From an uncultured Gammaproteobacteria bacterium (GTDB taxonomy: Bacteria > Patescibacteriota > Microgenomatia > UBA10105 > UBA927), in contig CAYMYO010000004.1 in the NCBI GenBank assembly GCA_964394685.1, positions 9,063 through 64,442 on the forward strand: 55,380 bases of DNA, given 5' to 3'. The position numbers were made by a program, and so were the translations under genes. A model generated the notes under the pieces. That model ran no database searches. It was not told the origin of the DNA and saw only the letters and a list, made by a program, of their open reading frames with translations. Positions 31,831 to 41,564 of this stretch are shown in pieces. Every line of letters starts with the position of its first letter. The first letter of the stretch is position 1.

Positions 31831-33936
31831 TAGAGCAGAAAGTACTACCAATAGTGTGCATCCGGATATGAGTATTCCAATGATAAATGATTTTGGTGTA
31901 TATTGAAGTTTAATGACATGTTTTCCTGCTGGTACGATAAGAGCAGTTGACGAGATATTTGCTGGATAGAGTGTGGTTTTTTTCCCATCGATAGTTCCCT
32001 CCCATCCTGGATAAAACGTGGTATTCAATATAGCTGGCGTTTCGTTTAGTGTTGAGGTTTTTACAACAATTTTCTGATCAGACCATAATACGACGGAAAG
32101 CGCATCGGATTGAGATAGCTGTATTTGTTTTTTTGTACTTATTCCTTCAAGTAGTGCTGTTGTTTTTGGATCGAAATTCGAATCACTTAGTGCTCTTATT
32201 GCGTTAGTTATGGTTGACACCGGTATGATAGTTGAAACAAAATGTACGCGAGGAATATGAGATGGTAGTTGGTAAAGATAGAGGGTACTGACTCCATCCG
32301 AAATTTTCTCAACAAGCGGAAAAATATCGTGCGTGTCAAGAATTTCCCCGGAGATAATACTAGAATTACCAAGTAGTGTCAGCAAATTAGTCGCCAGAGC
32401 GCTCATGGTTGCGATATGATCAGTTGAAGTTTCTATATGTTCCTTGATGATTTGATCAGCTGTTTGTTTTCTTGAAAGGGTACGGCTTGGATATGCATCA
32501 AATGTGGTAACTTTCCAGAAGATATTGGTATTTGGCCGTAATGCATTTTGGAAGATCGTATATTGACCCGGATTTATCCATCCGTATTGCATATACACAT
32601 ATCTGTGTTGCCAGGTGGGATTATATCTATACACGATAGTATCATTTGGAACAATTTTTGCGAATGTCGGTATTTCTATGATTTCTTTTGGCAGTTTCCA
32701 CTCATGGTAGGAGTACCAGTACGGAAGAAGGCTGATGAGATTAACGACTAAGCAGAGTGAGATAAGAATGGTTATCCATCGTTTTTTCATATAATACGAG
32801 AATATTGAACTGATGGTAATGAGCATAAAACTGACGAGAATAACAAACCGTGCTGGTACGCGAAAGAGTGTAAACGGGAAGAAATCATAAATAAAATAAA
32901 AGGGTGAAAATTTACCCAACATAAGAAGAATGCTGATGCAGAGAAGTATAATAAAGGGTTTTATTTTCTCCCATGATTTTTTTACAAAAAGTATGATCGT
33001 CAGCAATACGATAGGTAGTATTCCAACAAATCCGTTTGTTTCCCAAAAAAGAAGGCCTTCATCGTTGGAGTTGACATAATAGGTCGCATATTTCGGATTG
33101 CCGATGGCAAACGGATTGAGAAAAGAAAGAAAACTTTTTAAGGCAAATGAATATTTAGAAGAAAAGCCAATGTTCCCTGATTGATCCACAATATTTCGGG
33201 AAAACTCAATTGACGGAATAAGCTGCGGGGCTGCAAGAAGAATTCCTATTATGTATGAAGATATAAGAAAAAGTACTCCGCGTATATTTTTCCCCGATTG
33301 TTTCCATAAGAAAAATGCATATACGGCTGATCCGATTGCTGTAATGAACACTGCCTGGATAAATCCAGCGAATATTTGTTGAGAAAAAAGTATTGAAAAA
33401 AAAGCGACGTCTTGTAATCGTTGCTTTTTAATAACCTGATGTGTCGCAACGAAAATTAAGGGTAATACGCTAAAGCTTTGTAGGAGCGTTATATGTTGAA
33501 GATGAAATACAAAAAACCCGCTGCCTGCAAATGTCAAAGCACTGATAATTGCGACGGTCCAAGGTATCTGTAGGAGTGAGAGCCACCAAAAAGTTCCAAG
33601 CGCTGCTGTTATGGTAACAAGTACAAGTGAAAGATTATACGCAAATGGAGCTGATGGAGATAAGCCGTAAAGAAGAAGATTTGGCAGAAAAAAAATACCG
33701 GTCTGCCCTTCACCAAGAACAGGAAACCCTGCCCCCATGTGCGTTGACCAAAAGGGTAACTCACGCGCATGTAATTTTTCCCAATACCAATATTTAGATG
33801 CGTAACTTAATTGTACTGCATCATTTAGTTCAAATTCGGGAGTTGCAACAATACGAAGTTCAGGAACAAATAATTTCCAGTTGAAAAGAAACGAGACGAG
33901 AATGATAATTGTAATCGCTAACAGATGTCGTTTCAT
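31783..33936 (-). CDS. YfhO-family GT-C membrane glycosyltransferase
   Basis: PFWSTHMGAGFP, many TMs, C-terminal FYPGWEGTIDG...PAGKHVIKLQY. Confidence 0.85.
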   Translation of the reverse strand: MKRHLLAITIIILVSFLFNWKLFVPELRIVATPEFELNDAVQLSYASKYWYWEKLHARELPFWSTHMGAGFPVLGEGQTGIFFLPNLLLYGLSPSAPFAYNLSLVLVTITAALGTFWWLSLLQIPWTVAIISALTFAGSGFFVFHLQHITLLQSFSVLPLIFVATHQVIKKQRLQDVAFFSILFSQQIFAGFIQAVFITAIGSAVYAFFLWKQSGKNIRGVLFLISSYIIGILLAAPQLIPSIEFSRNIVDQSGNIGFSSKYSFALKSFLSFLNPFAIGNPKYATYYVNSNDEGLLFWETNGFVGILPIVLLTIILFVKKSWEKIKPFIILLCISILLMLGKFSPFYFIYDFFPFTLFRVPARFVILVSFMLITISSIFSYYMKKRWITILISLCLVVNLISLLPYWYSYHEWKLPKEIIEIPTFAKIVPNDTIVYRYNPTWQHRYVYMQYGWINPGQYTIFQNALRPNTNIFWKVTTFDAYPSRTLSRKQTADQIIKEHIETSTDHIATMSALATNLLTLLGNSSIISGEILDTHDIFPLVEKISDGVSTLYLYQLPSHIPRVHFVSTIIPVSTITNAIRALSDSNFDPKTTALLEGISTKKQIQLSQSDALSVVLWSDQKIVVKTSTLNETPAILNTTFYPGWEGTIDGKKTTLYPANISSTALIVPAGKHVIKLQYTPKSFIIGILISGCTLLVVLSALLFRKRIRFLRKLFSE

Positions 33937-35198
33937 ATATGGGATGTATACGTTGATGCTATATCCAGAACTAAAAATAGTGAGACAAAATAGTACACAT
34001 TAAAAAATGCATGGTAGGAAAAGAAATGAAAGCTAAACACGACAAGTGCGATGGAATAATATAAACCGGGCTTTCTCCATAGGATGAGGACATAGACGAT
34101 AAGTAGGATGATAAGTGGGAGTATGAGTCCGTATAATGGTCCGAGAGATATTCCAGCACGTAAGAATAATGTTTGAACGGTAAGGCTACTTCCGATAGGA
34201 CTTGTGATTGATGTTTTAGATAGACCTGTGAATACATCTTGAATAAAAGCCGCAGGATTTAGAAAAAAGTAATAAAGTGGAAAAACCAATGGAATAGTAA
34301 ACGCGAGAACATATTTACTGTGTTTTGTCATTTGAATAATAAAGGGAGATAGAAACAGCGGAAACGTCGTCCATGGTGTTTGTTTAAATAAGAAAAAAAA
34401 GGACAAAAAAACATAAGACAATGTCTTACGATTCATTGCTGTGAAATATATAAATACAGCAAAGACAGATACGATAATTGGATCAAGATACATATGCTCC
34501 AATATAAAAAACGACCGAGGAAGAAAAAGTATTATTAACACAAGCCAAGAAGCAGTGTTTCGTCTTTTTGATTTTTTTGCTATACGACATATGACTAGTG
34601 AAATGATAAGCATTGCGAGTATGGTGCTATATCGTGGATCATTGAAAAAATAGACAAATGGAATTAAAAAAAGAAAACTGGCTGGTAGGTAGTTGTAATA
34701 TGTTGGATCAATAGTTGGATAAACAGCTGAAAACCGTTCAGCATATGGATTTAACCCGCGCAGGACCATCATCGGTGCTTCTTTTAAAACTACTATCGTA
34801 TCGACAATAGGATGTTGCGAACCAATCAATGTTAGTAGAGATAGAAAAAGATAAATAATAATTGACCAGATAATAGAAGGTGGCTCTCGTTTAAAATACC
34901 ATCGTACGGTTGCGACAAGCGAAAATACTACCATGATAGCCATTCCGATCGTTTGTGTGAACAGATTTTGATACAGTCCTCCATAATAGAATGAACTGTA
35001 AAAAAGAAGCACGATACTAATCAATGGAAGAAATTTTTGTGATGTAGTTATTTGTAGTGTTCTTTTTGGAACAAATAATATTACGACAAATAGAACACAT
35101 ACACTTATCAGTATGAGAAATGATGGAAAAGAAAAAAAACCAAGGTTTGGTGTGATACCGAATAGGAGCAGAAGTAACAAAAGAAATTTTAATTCCAT
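33933..35198 (-). CDS. GT-C-like polytopic membrane protein (GT87-like), putative glycosyltransferase
   Basis: DTIV...GLNPY...YNYLP loop, FKQTPW, about 11 TMs. Confidence 0.65.
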   Translation of the reverse strand: MELKFLLLLLLLFGITPNLGFFSFPSFLILISVCVLFVVILFVPKRTLQITTSQKFLPLISIVLLFYSSFYYGGLYQNLFTQTIGMAIMVVFSLVATVRWYFKREPPSIIWSIIIYLFLSLLTLIGSQHPIVDTIVVLKEAPMMVLRGLNPYAERFSAVYPTIDPTYYNYLPASFLFLIPFVYFFNDPRYSTILAMLIISLVICRIAKKSKRRNTASWLVLIILFLPRSFFILEHMYLDPIIVSVFAVFIYFTAMNRKTLSYVFLSFFFLFKQTPWTTFPLFLSPFIIQMTKHSKYVLAFTIPLVFPLYYFFLNPAAFIQDVFTGLSKTSITSPIGSSLTVQTLFLRAGISLGPLYGLILPLIILLIVYVLILWRKPGLYYSIALVVFSFHFFSYHAFFNVYYFVSLFLVLDIASTYTSHI

Positions 35199-35233
35199 AA
35201 GGTTTATTATCTCGTTTGCATTATAATAGATTT

Positions 35234-35956
35234 ATGGAAGTTGTGGTATTTTTTATAGGAATTTGTATTGGGTCTTTTTTGAATGTGCTCATTGATCGTC
35301 TGCCTATTGGACAGGACATTACAAAAGGCCGCTCACACTGTGACCATTGTAAGCGCACCCTTTCTTGGTATGAACTGGTTCCTGTTGTCTCATGGATCAT
35401 TCAGTTAGGGAAAAGCCGGTGTTGCAAAAAGCGTCTTTCATTTCAATATCCTTTGGTTGAACTGATAACCGGGTTTGTGTTTGTCCAGCTGTATGTGTTG
35501 TTTTTTTCAACGCCATTGCTGTTTATAGCATATTGTTGTATATCCATGGCTATCATTGTTCTTTTCGGAACGGATTTGAAATTTGAACTGCTCCCGACTC
35601 CCCTTCTTGTTCTGTGGGGAATTGGCATAGTGCTACGATTTATTGCGATTCATCCATCAGCTACAGAATTGTTGTATGTTTATGGTATCCCCTCTTTTAT
35701 CGCCGGGCTATTTTTCTTTTTCCTGTGGTTTTTTTCAAAAGGACGGGCTATGGGTGATGGTGATATATGGCTTGCGATTCTTATCGGACTGGTTACTGGA
35801 TATCCTGGAATAATTATTGCGTTATATATAGCTTTCTTGACGGGTGCAGCTGTGGGTGTCATACTCATTTTAGGAAGGTTGAAGACGTTAAAAAGTCATA
35901 TTCCTTTCGGGCCATTTTTATTATTTGGCATGATAGTTGAACAATTATGGTTATGA
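35234..35956 (+). CDS. pilD: Prepilin peptidase PilD
   Basis: GSFLNVLIDR, RSHCDHC...CC, Asp in GTDLK and MGDGD, PFGPFL; ATG 6 nt after TATAAT. Confidence 0.93.
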   Translation: MEVVVFFIGICIGSFLNVLIDRLPIGQDITKGRSHCDHCKRTLSWYELVPVVSWIIQLGKSRCCKKRLSFQYPLVELITGFVFVQLYVLFFSTPLLFIAYCCISMAIIVLFGTDLKFELLPTPLLVLWGIGIVLRFIAIHPSATELLYVYGIPSFIAGLFFFFLWFFSKGRAMGDGDIWLAILIGLVTGYPGIIIALYIAFLTGAAVGVILILGRLKTLKSHIPFGPFLLFGMIVEQLWL

Positions 35957-36375
35957 AAAAAACATGCCTGCCTGCCGGCAGGCAGGCTTTCTCTCTTATC
36001 GAATTACTTGTTGTGATTGCGCTTATTGGTATTTTGGTTGCTATCGCAACGGTTTCCTACACTACTATCCAAAAAAGGTCTCGTGATAGCAGGCGGGTCA
36101 CTGAACTGAAAGCGGTTCAGCAAGCGATGGAACAATATTATTCAAATACGCAATCATCATATCCAGGGAGTTGTTCCGGATTGGGTATCACCTATTTACC
36201 TAATGGTATGCCATCAGATCCTCAGACAGGCGTTCGTTATGATGATGCATCTCTATCGAGTTGTTCCTCAACGTCCTATTGTTTTTGTGTTTCTATGGAG
36301 GTCGGAAGCGGCAATGCGACCACTAATTGTTCAGGAACAGCCGGAGCGTTCTATTGTATTAGAAATGTTCAATGA
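35953..36375 (+). CDS. Type IV pilin / GspG-like
   Basis: A|FSLIELL, RDSRR, YP...PSDP. Confidence 0.88.
   Translation: MKKTCLPAGRQAFSLIELLVVIALIGILVAIATVSYTTIQKRSRDSRRVTELKAVQQAMEQYYSNTQSSYPGSCSGLGITYLPNGMPSDPQTGVRYDDASLSSCSSTSYCFCVSMEVGSGNATTNCSGTAGAFYCIRNVQ
35967..35986. repeat. 20-bp perfect palindrome CCTGCCTGCCGGCAGGCAGG in a prepilin leader
   Basis: Encodes part of CLPAGRQ; identical to 44694-44713. Confidence 0.9.
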
Positions 36376-36388
36376 AGAAAGGAAAAAT

Positions 36389-36829
36389 ATGAAAAAAGCC
36401 ATGCCTGCCGGCAGGCAGGGTTTTACACTTATTGAAATTCTTATCTCAATAGCTATTATTGCGGTATTAACTGCTCTTGGTATTGTTTCCTATGTGAGTA
36501 TTAACAAAAATGCACGTGATGCAAAACGTCGGGGAGATATCGAACAAATTCGATCAGCACTTGAATTGTACAGGTCAGATAATGGGTTTTATCCGGCAGT
36601 GGGTTCACTTGGTTGGGTTGATGTAAGTGAATTATCCATAGCTTTGGTTGATACCTATTTTCCTAGTATCCCATCAGATCCACAAAATACGTCATATCGG
36701 TATAAAGGAACGAACGACTATTACGGATATTGTTTGGAAGCGAAAGTCGAAAATGCAGATATAGCTGCTGATACATGCGGATCAATTGAAACAGGTGAGG
36801 GTTATAATTATGGAACGAAGAACCCGTAA
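36389..36829 (+). CDS. GspG-like type IV pilin
   Basis: Start moved to ATG 36389 after GAAAGGA; G|FTLIEIL, RDAKRRGDI...ALELYRSDNG.YP, PSDP. Confidence 0.88.
   Translation: MKKAMPAGRQGFTLIEILISIAIIAVLTALGIVSYVSINKNARDAKRRGDIEQIRSALELYRSDNGFYPAVGSLGWVDVSELSIALVDTYFPSIPSDPQNTSYRYKGTNDYYGYCLEAKVENADIAADTCGSIETGEGYNYGTKNP
36399..36419. repeat. 21-bp mini-palindrome CCATGCCTGCCGGCAGGCAGG in a prepilin leader
   Basis: Removal gives MKKG|FTL; identical to 37758-37778. Confidence 0.9.
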
Positions 36830-37313
36830 AGCCTGCCTGCCGGCGAGGCAGGCCTTCACGTTTATTGAACTGATTATTGTTATTGCGATTATTTTGGTTA
36901 TATCGCTTGGAGTTATTGTTAATTACAACTCGTATACAGATCGCGAACGTGTTCGTCAATCAGGACTCACCATTAAATCAGATATGAGACTTGTTGCTTC
37001 AAAAGTTAATTCTGGAGTGAAATCTACCACATGTGCAACGCTTGTTAGCTACGATGTTACGTTTACTACAATTTGTTCTGACGGAATTAGATCGTGTTAC
37101 ACTATTACTCCTCGTTGTTCAAATGGGCTCGGTGAGGAAGTAACAGTGTATATTCCAAAAGAAGTCCATTTTCAATCTGCTGATCAAACAATTCGATTTT
37201 TACCCTTATCTCTTGGAACGAATTTAACAACAGATGCTGTCATTACTCTTGGTGGCTATTCGGCAGTATATACCATTAAAATTAGTCCATCTGGAATTAT
37301 TAGTGATTATTAA
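36810..37313 (+). CDS. Minor pilin (FimT/GspH-like)
   Basis: A|FTFIELI; start ATG at 36810. Confidence 0.82.
   Translation: MERRTRKACLPARQAFTFIELIIVIAIILVISLGVIVNYNSYTDRERVRQSGLTIKSDMRLVASKVNSGVKSTTCATLVSYDVTFTTICSDGIRSCYTITPRCSNGLGEEVTVYIPKEVHFQSADQTIRFLPLSLGTNLTTDAVITLGGYSAVYTIKISPSGIISDY
36832..36852. repeat. 21-bp mini-palindrome in a prepilin leader
   Basis: Removal gives MERRTRKA|FTF. Confidence 0.9.
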
Positions 37314-37314
37314 T

Positions 37315-37746
37315 ATGCGTGGAGTATCACTTATTGAAGCAGTTGTTACCCTTGGGGTGGTGATACTTCTTATTACCGGACTTGTCGTCGGCATGACGTC
37401 GTCACTTCAAAACGCGCAGACAAGTAAGACGCGTGCAATTGCTATCCAATACGCGCAAACAGCACTCGAAATAGTGCGGCAAGAACGGGATCTTGATTGG
37501 ACAACATTCGCTTCACGAGACACAACAGGTATTAAAACTGATTATTGTTTGGGTAGTTCTGAACAGCTAAGCGTGTTAGTTGATTCTACCTGCACTCCTT
37601 TTAGCGGCTCTTTTTCTCGATTGGTTTCGTTTACAAAAAATCTTACTGATCCGGGACAGATGGATGTCGTCGTTACGGTATCCTGGATAGAAGGAAGTAC
37701 ATCAAAAGACATTACCTTGAAAACAAAATACACACAGTGGAAATAA
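37315..37746 (+). CDS. Minor pilin (PilV-like)
   Basis: MRG|VSLIEA; start ATG at 37315; no palindrome in leader. Confidence 0.82.
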   Translation: MRGVSLIEAVVTLGVVILLITGLVVGMTSSLQNAQTSKTRAIAIQYAQTALEIVRQERDLDWTTFASRDTTGIKTDYCLGSSEQLSVLVDSTCTPFSGSFSRLVSFTKNLTDPGQMDVVVTVSWIEGSTSKDITLKTKYTQWK

Positions 37747-37747
37747 T

Positions 37748-38347
37748 ATGAAAAGAGCCATGCCTGCCGGCAGGCAGGGTTTTACACTACTTGAGTTACT
37801 TGTCGCTTCAGGTGTTATTGCGTTTGTTTCCGTTATTATTACGCAAGTTCTTTTTTCAAGTATCCACTTAAACACAAAAACTGAGGTTATAAAGGAATTA
37901 AAACAAACGGGAGAAATGACGTTGGGGGCAATGAGTCGAATGATTCAAAACGCTGCTTCTGTAATGGTTTCTCAATGTAATCTAAGCACTGATGATCCCA
38001 AGCAAATAGTGCCAACTGTTGAAATTACAGCGTTAAACGGCGGAATTACCACTATTGAATGCATCGATGATGCTATAGCTGGTGTTACCAGAATTGCTTC
38101 GATGAGTGCCTCACGAATTGATCCGTTATATATAACCAATAGTAATGTTACGTTGATAGATAATACTGGTGCTAGCGGTTGTTCGAATCAACCATTGCAA
38201 TTTACGTGCGTTGGTGTTGGAGGAATACCAACCTCCCTTAGTGTACGATTTCGTCTTCGTCAAAAAAATCTTGCAGCAACATCGTATGAAAGCGCGTTTG
38301 AAACATTTCAAACAACAATTAGTGTTCGAAATTCCACAAATGAATAA
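37748..38347 (+). CDS. Minor pilin (PilW-like)
   Basis: G|FTLLELL; C-terminal FETFQTTISVRN. Confidence 0.82.
   Translation: MKRAMPAGRQGFTLLELLVASGVIAFVSVIITQVLFSSIHLNTKTEVIKELKQTGEMTLGAMSRMIQNAASVMVSQCNLSTDDPKQIVPTVEITALNGGITTIECIDDAIAGVTRIASMSASRIDPLYITNSNVTLIDNTGASGCSNQPLQFTCVGVGGIPTSLSVRFRLRQKNLAATSYESAFETFQTTISVRNSTNE
37758..37778. repeat. 21-bp mini-palindrome in a prepilin leader
   Basis: Removal gives MKRG|FTL. Confidence 0.9.
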
Positions 38348-38383
38348 CTTGCAGAGAGTTATGAATGACTTTATACTAAATCT

Positions 38384-39223
38384 ATGAGCGCATCACTTTA
38401 TAAAGGACAAGTGCTTCTTATTACAGTTCTTGTTTTAAGTATCACTGTGACTATAGCATTGTCACTTATTGGACGAAGTGTAACAGACGTCAGTATGAGT
38501 CGAAATATGGAGGAATCTGCACGAGCTTTTAGTGCGGCTGAGGCAGGTATTGAAGAAGCACTTCGAACAAATATCATGCAAACGAATAGTTCATATACTC
38601 CCGGTGCAGGATATACGTCAGACATCGCTGTTATTGGGGATAGTACTGGAGTGTATACGCTCCCCACTATTACAGTTGGACAAGCCGATACGATTTGGTT
38701 AGTCGGTCATAACGCATCAAATGGTATTGATGAATCTTTATATTATCAAAACTCAACAATCGATATTTGTTGGGGCCATTCAACTCCAACCCCTGCTTTA
38801 GAAGTTGCCATATATTACAAATCAGGCGGAACGTATTTGGTTACTCGCGGTGCGTATGATCCTGATGCCGCTACAAGACCAGCAAATAATTTTTCAACAG
38901 TTACTGATTACGATAATATAAGCGGCGGATGCGGTGCAATGACCAATGTGTATCGACAAACTGTAACGATACCTGCAGGAATTCCGTTATTTATGCGCAT
39001 ACGGCCATATTATGGTAATGCAACGATCAGCGTTGCTCCGCTTGGCGGCAATAAACTTCCAAAACAAGGTGTTGAGGTAACATCTATTGGCTGTACACAA
39101 ATAACAGCGAGTGGGTGCACAGAAGGCGGAGTGACTCGTAAGATTGTTGTACGGCGGGAATATGCAGGACCAGCAACAATTTTTGATTATAGTATATACA
39201 GCCAAGGATCTCTTGTGCATTAA
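38384..39223 (+). CDS. Minor pilin (PilX-like)
   Basis: KG|QVLLITVL, SARAFSAAEAGIEEAL. Confidence 0.85.
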   Translation: MSASLYKGQVLLITVLVLSITVTIALSLIGRSVTDVSMSRNMEESARAFSAAEAGIEEALRTNIMQTNSSYTPGAGYTSDIAVIGDSTGVYTLPTITVGQADTIWLVGHNASNGIDESLYYQNSTIDICWGHSTPTPALEVAIYYKSGGTYLVTRGAYDPDAATRPANNFSTVTDYDNISGGCGAMTNVYRQTVTIPAGIPLFMRIRPYYGNATISVAPLGGNKLPKQGVEVTSIGCTQITASGCTEGGVTRKIVVRREYAGPATIFDYSIYSQGSLVH

Positions 39224-39238
39224 TTAGTATTCCTGCCT

Positions 39239-40258
39239 ATGCAAAGTTTACTAGGAATTGATATCGGGAGTCGCAGCATTAAACTCATTGAAATAAGTGA
39301 GGAAAAAGGCGTACGAACGCTCATGGCGGCAGGTAGCATGCCCACTCCACCCAAAAGTACAACGTCCGTTAATTCAGACATTGATGCAACCTCCTATATT
39401 ATTAAGCAGTTAGTGAGGGATACCGGAGCGAAATCAGATCAAGTGAATGTTGCGCTACCTGAGGCGCAAGTTTTTACCCGTGTTATCGAGGTTCCTCAGT
39501 TATCAAGTAAAGAGTTAAACTCTGCTATTCAATGGGAAGCTGAACAATATATTCCACTTCCACTTGATCAGGTTAATTTAGATTTTACGATTCTTCAAGA
39601 TGCAAAAACAACTGGTACTGGAAAAATGCAGGTACTTCTCGTCGCTGCTCCAAAAGCACTCATTGAAAGGTATATGACGATTATTGAATTGTCAGACCTC
39701 GTTCCTGTTGCCGCGGAAACAGAAATTATTGCGTCTGCACGAGCAATTGAGGTATCTGTTGCAAATTTAAAAAATTATATGATTGTATCTATGGGTGCAC
39801 AGACAACAGATATATCAATTTTGCATACGGGGATATTGATATTTACCCGTTCAATAAGCGCGGGTGGAGAAGCATTAACACGGGCATTAACACAAAGTTT
39901 AGATTTTAATCCCGCTCAAGCGGAAGAATACAAAAAAACGTACGGATTAAATAAAGAGGTGCTTGAAGGGAAATTGGTCATTTCACTGGAGCCGATTATG
40001 ATGTCGGTAATTAATGAAATAAAACGCTCCATCGCGTTTTTTGGTGAACGGTATCCGAATGAGCGACTCGATGCGATTGTTGTCAGTGGAGGTAGTTCAA
40101 AGCTTCCTGGAATTGTTTCGTATATCGCCGGGTCAGTGAATATTGAAACACAGATAGCAAATCCTTGGATTGGTATTCAAAAGGAAGCACGATTTGCTGT
40201 TCTTGATACCGAGGGACCAATCTTTACTGTTGCAGTTGGACTTTCCATGAGGAGATAG
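39239..40258 (+). CDS. pilM: Type IV pilus assembly protein PilM
   Basis: LGIDIGSRSIK actin-like motif, WEAEQYIP, SGGSSKLPG, VAVGLSMR. Confidence 0.92.
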   Translation: MQSLLGIDIGSRSIKLIEISEEKGVRTLMAAGSMPTPPKSTTSVNSDIDATSYIIKQLVRDTGAKSDQVNVALPEAQVFTRVIEVPQLSSKELNSAIQWEAEQYIPLPLDQVNLDFTILQDAKTTGTGKMQVLLVAAPKALIERYMTIIELSDLVPVAAETEIIASARAIEVSVANLKNYMIVSMGAQTTDISILHTGILIFTRSISAGGEALTRALTQSLDFNPAQAEEYKKTYGLNKEVLEGKLVISLEPIMMSVINEIKRSIAFFGERYPNERLDAIVVSGGSSKLPGIVSYIAGSVNIETQIANPWIGIQKEARFAVLDTEGPIFTVAVGLSMRR

Positions 40259-40260
40259 GT

Positions 40261-40818
40261 ATGGGGCAAAGGAAATCAATTAATCTTTTTGATACGAAAG
40301 CAAGCCTTTCCCCAAGTTGGCAGTTGGTCGAAAAATACCTTGTTATTATACGGCAATATTTGTTGGGGTTTGTCTGTATTGTTGGCATGCTGTTGGTCGT
40401 AGTGTATGGCGTTATTCGAATGCGCACCCAGCAATTAGATGTTGAGCAAAAGCAATTGTCTCAGACAATCCAAAATCAGAATATGAAAGAGGGACTGCTT
40501 CTTGCTCTTCGGGCGAGAATCACGTCACTGAAGCGAATTCTCGATGTGCAATTTTCTGTTGCTCCGTATATTGATACAACACTTTTGCTTGCTCGTCCTC
40601 CCCTCCTTACGTCTTTTTCTATTGGTGAAAAAAACACAGTCCAAATATCAGTTGAGCTTCCGACTATTCAGGAAGCAGTATCGCTCATGGAGGCTGTTGT
40701 GAAACTGGTTGAGGAACATAGGATACGAACTCCCAACCTAACCTCCTTAACGGTAAACAAAAACGGATCTATTATGATGGGTATTACCTATTCAGTGTTA
40801 TTGAAACCAGCATTATGA
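40261..40818 (+). CDS. PilN-like pilus alignment protein
   Basis: INL motif near the N-terminus, single TM, coiled-coil; follows pilM. Confidence 0.65.
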   Translation: MGQRKSINLFDTKASLSPSWQLVEKYLVIIRQYLLGFVCIVGMLLVVVYGVIRMRTQQLDVEQKQLSQTIQNQNMKEGLLLALRARITSLKRILDVQFSVAPYIDTTLLLARPPLLTSFSIGEKNTVQISVELPTIQEAVSLMEAVVKLVEEHRIRTPNLTSLTVNKNGSIMMGITYSVLLKPAL

Positions 40819-41564
40819 GATTAATTCGGCGCATTATTCGTCTCTATCAAAGTTTTATTATTTCTGGGGTCATCATCCTTTTTTGTTTGCTTGCATTTTT
40901 TATCGGTATGCTTCCCGGATACAAAAAGATACTGGGCATGATCAAATCATTGTATGAACAAACAAAAACCGTTCAATTATTACAAGAAAAGATTAATATA
41001 TTAAACGCGCTTGATGAAGCACAACTTGAATCCTATGCAACTGCCGCAATCTCAGCAGTACCAGCAGACAAGTCCTTGGGAACAATATTTTCAACAATTG
41101 ATGGGTTAACATCGCAAGAAGGAGTTGCAGTGAGCGGAATCTCTCTCTCCTCAATTGGATCCATCGCAACAGAAGCAGCAAACAAACTATCCGCAGAAGA
41201 ACAAAAAATCGGAGTTAACATCGTCCCTTTTTCGATTGTTGTTGCTGGACCTATTGAACAAGTAAGAAATGTTGTGGAAAAAGCAGTTAAAATTAGAAGA
41301 TTATTTAGAATTCGTAATTTTGATCTGTCATTTGATAACAAGTCGGGTACGACAAAATCAACAATTCAAATGGATGCCTACTACATTCCGGTTGCTAAAA
41401 GTATGGGGAAAATTAGTGATGTCCTCAAACCGTTATCTGATGATGAAATTCAAGTGATAAGTAAAATCAGTGCATTACCGCTGGTTACCAAAAGTATCCC
41501 AATGAGTACTGAGAGTGCGCAGATACAAACAGAGCCACGATCTCTGGATCCATTTAGTCCGTAA
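40815..41564 (+). CDS. PilO-like pilus alignment protein
   Basis: Single TM, coiled-coil, AVP, ferredoxin-like C-terminal region; follows the pilN-like gene. Confidence 0.7.
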   Translation: MRLIRRIIRLYQSFIISGVIILFCLLAFFIGMLPGYKKILGMIKSLYEQTKTVQLLQEKINILNALDEAQLESYATAAISAVPADKSLGTIFSTIDGLTSQEGVAVSGISLSSIGSIATEAANKLSAEEQKIGVNIVPFSIVVAGPIEQVRNVVEKAVKIRRLFRIRNFDLSFDNKSGTTKSTIQMDAYYIPVAKSMGKISDVLKPLSDDEIQVISKISALPLVTKSIPMSTESAQIQTEPRSLDPFSP

